Shown here: positions 8,801 through 19,879 of the stretch, piece after piece | How positions within the stretch are numbered: position 1 is the first letter of the stretch | Layout: each line of letters starts with the position of its first letter | NCBI GenBank assembly: GCA_025594325.1 | Contig: JANHCV010000002.1 | Location: 1-64,000, forward strand | From: Blastocladiella emersonii ATCC 22665 | Lineage: Eukaryota > Fungi > Blastocladiomycota | Reading direction: 5' to 3' | DNA: 64,000 bases | Notes under the pieces: generated by a model | Database searches by the model: none | The model's input: only the letters and a program-made list of their open reading frames with translations | Told to the model about the DNA's origin: nothing | Program-made: the position numbers and the translations under genes

Positions 8801-11800
8801 CGCTCACTCATCCCCAAAGTTGAGACTTCACCAAACCCGCAATGACATCTCATGGAATATATGACCCGCTGCAACATGCATCTGTGCCTCGAATGGATGC
8901 GATCCTGGCGTCTGGAACGCAGACTCGGACCGCCGCCCTGCTCGCCGCGGAGGCAACTCGACTCCTCTGTCTAGACTTGATCCAGCAGCAGCAGCTGCGT
9001 TTGAGGGTTTTGGGTGATCCGTCTTGCTGCATTGCGCCCCTACGCTGCTACCGCTGCCCTCAAGTGAAGGGTATGATCGAAAAATCGTGTGCTGGCGGCC
9101 CCCGCCGCCAGCACCCACCCCCACCCTCAACCTTTGACCGGCGCGGCGCGGCGCGGCGCTCTCTCGTCGTCTTGTCGTCTCGATGAACTCGCCTCCCTTC
9201 TCGCTCGCTCGCTCGCGCGCGTGTGCTTGTCGTCTGGTTTCCGCGCGCCCGCGCAGGTCCCACCCGCCCCACCTGCGCTGCTCGCGCCGCTGCTCCTGGC
9301 CACCGTGAGAGCCGCCTTCGCTCGCTGCCTCGCTGTGGGATCTCGCTGCGCAGCGAGCAAGGTACTCGGACCTGCCGCCAAACTCGAGAAGGTGCTCAAA
9401 CTGGACGGGCGAGTGGTCGGCGCGGCGGCGGGCGTGGCCGACCCGGCCCACGAGCAAGCAACACGGTGGGTTGGGCGACTTGATGGTGTTCGTCCAGCTT
9501 GTCGTTGTTGACCTCGCGTCGCGCTCCCTCCGCTCTGCTCTGCTCTCGATCCCATCCCGAATCCCTGAGCGGCCGCGCCTGTTCTGGGCGGTGGGGCAGC
9601 GGCGGCTCGCTCTCCGACGCGGAACACACCTGCCGCCGCGGTGCATCATCGCCGCCGCCACTCTTGCTACTTTGGTCTCCTTGCTGTTATCACGCGCGCG
9701 CGCGAGCGCGCAGGTCTCACGCTTGCATGTGGAAGCAGCAGCCCCCGCCCGTCGTCGCTACTCGCTACTGCTGCTGCCTGCCTGCATGCGAGTCTGATGG
9801 ATGACGACTTTGGGGTCGGCCTGCCCGCCCGCCCGCCCGCCCGCCCGCCCGCCGCTCACCGCCTCGCACCTGCCTGCACGCGCGCCGTGCTGAGCACGCG
9901 TTCAACTCAGCAGGGTGCTCCGGACCCACGCTTAGCTTCAGATCGGCTCCCTCACGCCTTCCCTACTCTGTCCTGTTCCTTGCCTGCTTGACGAGCCACT
10001 GCTGCTCACCTTGCGTGCAATGAGACACAGCTGGGCAATATCGCACTCCATCTTGTGGGCAGCATTGAGCGCTCAAAGTTTGCTTGCTTCCCCTCTACAG
10101 CGCTGCTCAAAGGTGCTGCTTGCGTGCACGTTACTCTTTGCTACAGACTCCATAACGCCGCCTGCTGGACGGATCAACGGTGGTGATTGAGCTTTGACGT
10201 GTCGGCAGGCAAGGTGGAGTCGCGCGCGACCTCGCTGCAGCAAGAGGGTTGCAGCAAGGGACTTTGCGTCAACGCCCGTTTGGAATCACCCTTTGACCTA
10301 GGCGCGCGTTCTCGACAGCAATCTGCAGCTGATAGCTGAACGAACATAGTTGGTCAAGGTGAACATGCTTGATCTGGTCTTCTTGGCCTCGTGGGGTCGG
10401 TTTGGACACGACTTGATGAGGTTGACAACGCCCGTTTGGAATCACCCTTTGACCTATGCGCGCGTTCTCAGCGGCATTCTGCAGATGAAATAGTCTACTC
10501 AAAAGTTGCTGAAGGTGTCCACGTCCAATCTGATTGTTTCGCCCTTGTGCGGTCGACTCAAGCGCGAGACACGTTTGCTGCCCATTGCTCCCTTATGTGA
10601 CTCAAGTCACCCCCAACCTTTGTTATACTTTTTGATAGATCTTTGAAATATCTACAACCTAGCGTCAGGCAATAGGCAAGAAGCACGTGTGAATACGGCT
10701 GCAGCAGCGTTCAAGTTTGGTCCTTGGTCAGAGTCACCTTGGAGCCGCCACACTTGGCACACTTGGGTTGTGCAGCGTTTGAGGGCGGCAAACTAGAGCC
10801 GTACGCAAGCTAAGCAACTTTGCTAGCCATGACATGCACACGTTCTACGTGAAATTTCTGAGATACGCCCGCTGGACACAGCTCAAGCTGGCTTCAGGAA
10901 GGTTCAGCAAACAGCGACGGCCCACTGTTCTTGATCTGATCCAGCGGCGTAACAGTGGCTCAAAACGCAGGTACGGTGCACGCCTTCATGTACTTTCGGT
11001 AAACGCAACTTTCTTCCTTGTATGGTGCAAAAGGGAGGGAGCAGCCGCTTGGGGCTGGGAGCTGCTGTGTTCACCGTGCTCACTGCCACTGAGCCGGATC
11101 TGTTCCACCTCTATCCCGTGGATTTGCCACGATTGCGGGTTGAGTCTAAGATGACCACCTGGCCACGGGATCTTACGCTAGGCGCCCAATCATGATACGT
11201 GTGTGTCTGCCGCAGGACATGCACCGTACGCGGCCCAAGCCTCAACTGCTCCACTGGAGTAGCGAACCATCGCAGCCAGAGCAACTCTGGCTCCTTTACA
11301 ATACTATGACGCGGACTGGACGAGATGCGACAGGGACTCGAACCCTGCTCGCCAGCCCGGAACTAGAGAGACCTGACTGCTTTGGCTCACTACTCCCCGA
11401 CGATACATAAAACAACTTTGCCCAAGTGCCTTCTGGCCCCCGCTCTCGTGTGCGTACTCCGCAATGTGAACGTGATGCACCCACTGCGCGACACGGCAAG
11501 GGCTCAATCAAGCGTGTGGTGTTGGGAGGCAGTTGTGCATCGTCGCCCGTCTCCCCGAGGCAGCGCGAAAAGCGCGTCTCGAAACGCGTCTCGCAGCGGT
11601 CAGGCGATTGTCACCTGATGCCCGAGCTTTTTCGCTTGCTCGCGCGGCGATCGCGACCGCTCACTCATCCCCAAAGTTGAGACTTCACCAAACCCGCAAT
11701 GACATCTCATGGAATATATGACCCGCTGCAACATGCATCTGTGCCTCGAATGGATGCGATCCTGGCGTCTGGAACGCAGACTCGGACCGCCGCCCTGCTC

Positions 11801-14800
11801 GCCGCGGAGGCAACTCGACTCCTCTGTCTAGACTTGATCCAGCAGCAGCAGCTGCGTTTGAGGGTTTTGGGTGATCCGTCTTGCTGCATTGCGCCCCTAC
11901 GCTGCTACCGCTGCCCTCAAGTGAAGGGTATGATCGAAAAATCGTGTGCTGGCGGCCCCCGCCGCCAGCACCCACCCCCACCCTCAACCTTTGACCGGCG
12001 CGGCGCGGCGCGGCGCTCTCTCGTCGTCTTGTCGTCTCGATGAACTCGCCTCCCTTCTCGCTCGCTCGCTCGCGCGCGTGTGCTTGTCGTCTGGTTTCCG
12101 CGCGCCCGCGCAGGTCCCACCCGCCCCACCTGCGCTGCTCGCGCCGCTGCTCCTGGCCACCGTGAGAGCCGCCTTCGCTCGCTGCCTCGCTGTGGGATCT
12201 CGCTGCGCAGCGAGCAAGGTACTCGGACCTGCCGCCAAACTCGAGAAGGTGCTCAAACTGGACGGGCGAGTGGTCGGCGCGGCGGCGGGCGTGGCCGACC
12301 CGGCCCACGAGCAAGCAACACGGTGGGTTGGGCGACTTGATGGTGTTCGTCCAGCTTGTCGTTGTTGACCTCGCGTCGCGCTCCCTCCGCTCTGCTCTGC
12401 TCTCGATCCCATCCCGAATCCCTGAGCGGCCGCGCCTGTTCTGGGCGGTGGGGCAGCGGCGGCTCGCTCTCCGACGCGGAACACACCTGCCGCCGCGGTG
12501 CATCATCGCCGCCGCCACTCTTGCTACTTTGGTCTCCTTGCTGTTATCACGCGCGCGCGCGAGCGCGCAGGTCTCACGCTTGCATGTGGAAGCAGCAGCC
12601 CCCGCCCGTCGTCGCTACTCGCTACTGCTGCTGCCTGCCTGCATGCGAGTCTGATGGATGACGACTTTGGGGTCGGCCTGCCCGCCCGCCCGCCCGCCCG
12701 CCCGCCCGCCGCTCACCGCCTCGCACCTGCCTGCACGCGCGCCGTGCTGAGCACGCGTTCAACTCAGCAGGGTGCTCCGGACCCACGCTTAGCTTCAGAT
12801 CGGCTCCCTCACGCCTTCCCTACTCTGTCCTGTTCCTTGCCTGCTTGACGAGCCACTGCTGCTCACCTTGCGTGCAATGAGACACAGCTGGGCAATATCG
12901 CACTCCATCTTGTGGGCAGCATTGAGCGCTCAAAGTTTGCTTGCTTCCCCTCTACAGCGCTGCTCAAAGGTGCTGCTTGCGTGCACGTTACTCTTTGCTA
13001 CAGACTCCATAACGCCGCCTGCTGGACGGATCAACGGTGGTGATTGAGCTTTGACGTGTCGGCAGGCAAGGTGGAGTCGCGCGCGACCTCGCTGCAGCAA
13101 GAGGGTTGCAGCAAGGGACTTTGCGTCAACGCCCGTTTGGAATCACCCTTTGACCTAGGCGCGCGTTCTCGACAGCAATCTGCAGCTGATAGCTGAACGA
13201 ACATAGTTGGTCAAGGTGAACATGCTTGATCTGGTCTTCTTGGCCTCGTGGGGTCGGTTTGGACACGACTTGATGAGGTTGACAACGCCCGTTTGGAATC
13301 ACCCTTTGACCTATGCGCGCGTTCTCAGCGGCATTCTGCAGATGAAATAGTCTACTCAAAAGTTGCTGAAGGTGTCCACGTCCAATCTGATTGTTTCGCC
13401 CTTGTGCGGTCGACTCAAGCGCGAGACACGTTTGCTGCCCATTGCTCCCTTATGTGACTCAAGTCACCCCCAACCTTTGTTATACTTTTTGATAGATCTT
13501 TGAAATATCTACAACCTAGCGTCAGGCAATAGGCAAGAAGCACGTGTGAATACGGCTGCAGCAGCGTTCAAGTTTGGTCCTTGGTCAGAGTCACCTTGGA
13601 GCCGCCACACTTGGCACACTTGGGTTGTGCAGCGTTTGAGGGCGGCAAACTAGAGCCGTACGCAAGCTAAGCAACTTTGCTAGCCATGACATGCACACGT
13701 TCTACGTGAAATTTCTGAGATACGCCCGCTGGACACAGCTCAAGCTGGCTTCAGGAAGGTTCAGCAAACAGCGACGGCCCACTGTTCTTGATCTGATCCA
13801 GCGGCGTAACAGTGGCTCAAAACGCAGGTACGGTGCACGCCTTCATGTACTTTCGGTAAACGCAACTTTCTTCCTTGTATGGTGCAAAAGGGAGGGAGCA
13901 GCCGCTTGGGGCTGGGAGCTGCTGTGTTCACCGTGCTCACTGCCACTGAGCCGGATCTGTTCCACCTCTATCCCGTGGATTTGCCACGATTGCGGGTTGA
14001 GTCTAAGATGACCACCTGGCCACGGGATCTTACGCTAGGCGCCCAATCATGATACGTGTGTGTCTGCCGCAGGACATGCACCGTACGCGGCCCAAGCCTC
14101 AACTGCTCCACTGGAGTAGCGAACCATCGCAGCCAGAGCAACTCTGGCTCCTTTACAATACTATGACGCGGACTGGACGAGATGCGACAGGGACTCGAAC
14201 CCTGCTCGCCAGCCCGGAACTAGAGAGACCTGACTGCTTTGGCTCACTACTCCCCGACGATACATAAAACAACTTTGCCCAAGTGCCTTCTGGCCCCCGC
14301 TCTCGTGTGCGTACTCCGCAATGTGAACGTGATGCACCCACTGCGCGACACGGCAAGGGCTCAATCAAGCGTGTGGTGTTGGGAGGCAGTTGTGCATCGT
14401 CGCCCGTCTCCCCGAGGCAGCGCGAAAAGCGCGTCTCGAAACGCGTCTCGCAGCGGTCAGGCGATTGTCACCTGATGCCCGAGCTTTTTCGCTTGCTCGC
14501 GCGGCGATCGCGACCGCTCACTCATCCCCAAAGTTGAGACTTCACCAAACCCGCAATGACATCTCATGGAATATATGACCCGCTGCAACATGCATCTGTG
14601 CCTCGAATGGATGCGATCCTGGCGTCTGGAACGCAGACTCGGACCGCCGCCCTGCTCGCCGCGGAGGCAACTCGACTCCTCTGTCTAGACTTGATCCAGC
14701 AGCAGCAGCTGCGTTTGAGGGTTTTGGGTGATCCGTCTTGCTGCATTGCGCCCCTACGCTGCTACCGCTGCCCTCAAGTGAAGGGTATGATCGAAAAATC

Positions 14801-17800
14801 GTGTGCTGGCGGCCCCCGCCGCCAGCACCCACCCCCACCCTCAACCTTTGACCGGCGCGGCGCGGCGCGGCGCTCTCTCGTCGTCTTGTCGTCTCGATGA
14901 ACTCGCCTCCCTTCTCGCTCGCTCGCTCGCGCGCGTGTGCTTGTCGTCTGGTTTCCGCGCGCCCGCGCAGGTCCCACCCGCCCCACCTGCGCTGCTCGCG
15001 CCGCTGCTCCTGGCCACCGTGAGAGCCGCCTTCGCTCGCTGCCTCGCTGTGGGATCTCGCTGCGCAGCGAGCAAGGTACTCGGACCTGCCGCCAAACTCG
15101 AGAAGGTGCTCAAACTGGACGGGCGAGTGGTCGGCGCGGCGGCGGGCGTGGCCGACCCGGCCCACGAGCAAGCAACACGGTGGGTTGGGCGACTTGATGG
15201 TGTTCGTCCAGCTTGTCGTTGTTGACCTCGCGTCGCGCTCCCTCCGCTCTGCTCTGCTCTCGATCCCATCCCGAATCCCTGAGCGGCCGCGCCTGTTCTG
15301 GGCGGTGGGGCAGCGGCGGCTCGCTCTCCGACGCGGAACACACCTGCCGCCGCGGTGCATCATCGCCGCCGCCACTCTTGCTACTTTGGTCTCCTTGCTG
15401 TTATCACGCGCGCGCGCGAGCGCGCAGGTCTCACGCTTGCATGTGGAAGCAGCAGCCCCCGCCCGTCGTCGCTACTCGCTACTGCTGCTGCCTGCCTGCA
15501 TGCGAGTCTGATGGATGACGACTTTGGGGTCGGCCTGCCCGCCCGCCCGCCCGCCCGCCCGCCCGCCGCTCACCGCCTCGCACCTGCCTGCACGCGCGCC
15601 GTGCTGAGCACGCGTTCAACTCAGCAGGGTGCTCCGGACCCACGCTTAGCTTCAGATCGGCTCCCTCACGCCTTCCCTACTCTGTCCTGTTCCTTGCCTG
15701 CTTGACGAGCCACTGCTGCTCACCTTGCGTGCAATGAGACACAGCTGGGCAATATCGCACTCCATCTTGTGGGCAGCATTGAGCGCTCAAAGTTTGCTTG
15801 CTTCCCCTCTACAGCGCTGCTCAAAGGTGCTGCTTGCGTGCACGTTACTCTTTGCTACAGACTCCATAACGCCGCCTGCTGGACGGATCAACGGTGGTGA
15901 TTGAGCTTTGACGTGTCGGCAGGCAAGGTGGAGTCGCGCGCGACCTCGCTGCAGCAAGAGGGTTGCAGCAAGGGACTTTGCGTCAACGCCCGTTTGGAAT
16001 CACCCTTTGACCTAGGCGCGCGTTCTCGACAGCAATCTGCAGCTGATAGCTGAACGAACATAGTTGGTCAAGGTGAACATGCTTGATCTGGTCTTCTTGG
16101 CCTCGTGGGGTCGGTTTGGACACGACTTGATGAGGTTGACAACGCCCGTTTGGAATCACCCTTTGACCTATGCGCGCGTTCTCAGCGGCATTCTGCAGAT
16201 GAAATAGTCTACTCAAAAGTTGCTGAAGGTGTCCACGTCCAATCTGATTGTTTCGCCCTTGTGCGGTCGACTCAAGCGCGAGACACGTTTGCTGCCCATT
16301 GCTCCCTTATGTGACTCAAGTCACCCCCAACCTTTGTTATACTTTTTGATAGATCTTTGAAATATCTACAACCTAGCGTCAGGCAATAGGCAAGAAGCAC
16401 GTGTGAATACGGCTGCAGCAGCGTTCAAGTTTGGTCCTTGGTCAGAGTCACCTTGGAGCCGCCACACTTGGCACACTTGGGTTGTGCAGCGTTTGAGGGC
16501 GGCAAACTAGAGCCGTACGCAAGCTAAGCAACTTTGCTAGCCATGACATGCACACGTTCTACGTGAAATTTCTGAGATACGCCCGCTGGACACAGCTCAA
16601 GCTGGCTTCAGGAAGGTTCAGCAAACAGCGACGGCCCACTGTTCTTGATCTGATCCAGCGGCGTAACAGTGGCTCAAAACGCAGGTACGGTGCACGCCTT
16701 CATGTACTTTCGGTAAACGCAACTTTCTTCCTTGTATGGTGCAAAAGGGAGGGAGCAGCCGCTTGGGGCTGGGAGCTGCTGTGTTCACCGTGCTCACTGC
16801 CACTGAGCCGGATCTGTTCCACCTCTATCCCGTGGATTTGCCACGATTGCGGGTTGAGTCTAAGATGACCACCTGGCCACGGGATCTTACGCTAGGCGCC
16901 CAATCATGATACGTGTGTGTCTGCCGCAGGACATGCACCGTACGCGGCCCAAGCCTCAACTGCTCCACTGGAGTAGCGAACCATCGCAGCCAGAGCAACT
17001 CTGGCTCCTTTACAATACTATGACGCGGACTGGACGAGATGCGACAGGGACTCGAACCCTGCTCGCCAGCCCGGAACTAGAGAGACCTGACTGCTTTGGC
17101 TCACTACTCCCCGACGATACATAAAACAACTTTGCCCAAGTGCCTTCTGGCCCCCGCTCTCGTGTGCGTACTCCGCAATGTGAACGTGATGCACCCACTG
17201 CGCGACACGGCAAGGGCTCAATCAAGCGTGTGGTGTTGGGAGGCAGTTGTGCATCGTCGCCCGTCTCCCCGAGGCAGCGCGAAAAGCGCGTCTCGAAACG
17301 CGTCTCGCAGCGGTCAGGCGATTGTCACCTGATGCCCGAGCTTTTTCGCTTGCTCGCGCGGCGATCGCGACCGCTCACTCATCCCCAAAGTTGAGACTTC
17401 ACCAAACCCGCAATGACATCTCATGGAATATATGACCCGCTGCAACATGCATCTGTGCCTCGAATGGATGCGATCCTGGCGTCTGGAACGCAGACTCGGA
17501 CCGCCGCCCTGCTCGCCGCGGAGGCAACTCGACTCCTCTGTCTAGACTTGATCCAGCAGCAGCAGCTGCGTTTGAGGGTTTTGGGTGATCCGTCTTGCTG
17601 CATTGCGCCCCTACGCTGCTACCGCTGCCCTCAAGTGAAGGGTATGATCGAAAAATCGTGTGCTGGCGGCCCCCGCCGCCAGCACCCACCCCCACCCTCA
17701 ACCTTTGACCGGCGCGGCGCGGCGCGGCGCTCTCTCGTCGTCTTGTCGTCTCGATGAACTCGCCTCCCTTCTCGCTCGCTCGCTCGCGCGCGTGTGCTTG

Positions 17801-18781
17801 TCGTCTGGTTTCCGCGCGCCCGCGCAGGTCCCACCCGCCCCACCTGCGCTGCTCGCGCCGCTGCTCCTGGCCACCGTGAGAGCCGCCTTCGCTCGCTGCC
17901 TCGCTGTGGGATCTCGCTGCGCAGCGAGCAAGGTACTCGGACCTGCCGCCAAACTCGAGAAGGTGCTCAAACTGGACGGGCGAGTGGTCGGCGCGGCGGC
18001 GGGCGTGGCCGACCCGGCCCACGAGCAAGCAACACGGTGGGTTGGGCGACTTGATGGTGTTCGTCCAGCTTGTCGTTGTTGACCTCGCGTCGCGCTCCCT
18101 CCGCTCTGCTCTGCTCTCGATCCCATCCCGAATCCCTGAGCGGCCGCGCCTGTTCTGGGCGGTGGGGCAGCGGCGGCTCGCTCTCCGACGCGGAACACAC
18201 CTGCCGCCGCGGTGCATCATCGCCGCCGCCACTCTTGCTACTTTGGTCTCCTTGCTGTTATCACGCGCGCGCGCGAGCGCGCAGGTCTCACGCTTGCATG
18301 TGGAAGCAGCAGCCCCCGCCCGTCGTCGCTACTCGCTACTGCTGCTGCCTGCCTGCATGCGAGTCTGATGGATGACGACTTTGGGGTCGGCCTGCCCGCC
18401 CGCCCGCCCGCCCGCCCGCCCGCCGCTCACCGCCTCGCACCTGCCTGCACGCGCGCCGTGCTGAGCACGCGTTCAACTCAGCAGGGTGCTCCGGACCCAC
18501 GCTTAGCTTCAGATCGGCTCCCTCACGCCTTCCCTACTCTGTCCTGTTCCTTGCCTGCTTGACGAGCCACTGCTGCTCACCTTGCGTGCAATGAGACACA
18601 GCTGGGCAATATCGCACTCCATCTTGTGGGCAGCATTGAGCGCTCAAAGTTTGCTTGCTTCCCCTCTACAGCGCTGCTCAAAGGTGCTGCTTGCGTGCAC
18701 GTTACTCTTTGCTACAGACTCCATAACGCCGCCTGCTGGACGGATCAACGGTGGTGATTGAGCTTTGACGTGTCGGCAGGC

Positions 18782-19700
18782 TGCGGTCGGTGGCACGGCC
18801 TTCCCGCGCGCACGCGACACTCTGTCCGCTGCCGCTGCCGCTGCCCCGCGTGTGCCGGCACCCGCCAGCTGCACACCCGTCGTAAGCCGCCGCCGCCCCT
18901 TGGATCGTTGCCACCCGGAGCAGTGCCAGCAGCAGCACGCTTTGGCTCGGTCGCTCGCGAGCCTGGCGGCGGGCGCCGTGGTTGCTTGATCTCTCGCCTT
19001 CGGCGTTCCGTGCTCCGTCCAGCCTTCTTCACCACGTCCTCCGCCACCGTGTTCCTCGACCGCTTGCTCCTGCTTTGCCGTCCGGCTGAAGCCTCGCTCT
19101 CGCTTTCGCGCTCAGGTGCGCGCGTTCAACCCGTCGCCGTCCCTGCTCAACCTTGCTGAATCCAAACACGCTCTCCTCCACCCGGCGAGCGCGTCGCTGC
19201 CCTCGAGCGCCGCTGCGTGCCGTGGCCTTGGCTCATCCTGGCAGCTGGCCCCGCTTCTACTTTATGCTACCGTCGTCGCGTCAGGCCAGGTCTCTGGAAC
19301 GTGTGCCAGCCACATCGGGAACCCTTTCAGCGCGGCTCGGCGCGAATCTCGCGTACTTGGTGGCGCCCACGCCGCAATGTTTGGTGCCGGCCGTATCGCC
19401 GTCCACCTCGGAACTCGTGTCCTTGCTCTCGCGCGCGCGCGCAACAACGGGTCAACGCCAAACAGCACTGACAGCGCCTCGCCCTCGCGGACCCGCCCGC
19501 TTCTTGGTGGTGATGCCGCGCATGACGTCGGCCGACCGCAGGGCGCGATTCGGGTGGATCTTGTTCTCGTCAACCAGCTCGGCGTTGGTCGGCATGCCGA
19601 ACTTGCGCGCGCGCGCGCCGTCGCGGGGGCGCGGTCGCAGGCGACGACAGGTTGGCCGTACGCCGGACAGGAACATCAAACGAACGCGACGAGCTCGCTC
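18782..19700 (-). pseudogene. Possible decayed/frameshifted gene fragment abutting the array
   Basis: Short codon-biased pieces in different minus frames (e.g. ARKFGMPTNAELVDENKIHPNRALRSADVMRGITTKK; AEDVVKKAGRSTE) with no continuous ORF. Confidence 0.25.
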
Positions 19701-19879
19701 TTGGACGACGAGCGTGCCGACTGTCCCCTAATCGTCGAGACGGTTGGATAAATGAACGTCGTTCCTCATGTCGGTGCCCATCATGTCAAGTGTAAAGAAA
19801 TCTATTGGACGCGAAAGCGATGGGGAAATCACACAAACCCGCTCTCATCGCGAGGCGACAGGCCGACGACCAGCGGCCG

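Larger units (their letters stand above)
96..18781. repeat. Subtelomeric tandem array: 2857-bp unit, about 6.54 copies
   Basis: Every ORF in the track recurs with exact period 2857 and identical translation. Unit starts as phased from the telomere: 96, 2953, 5810, 8667, 11524, 14381, 17238. The last copy is partial and stops matching after 18781. Confidence 0.98.
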
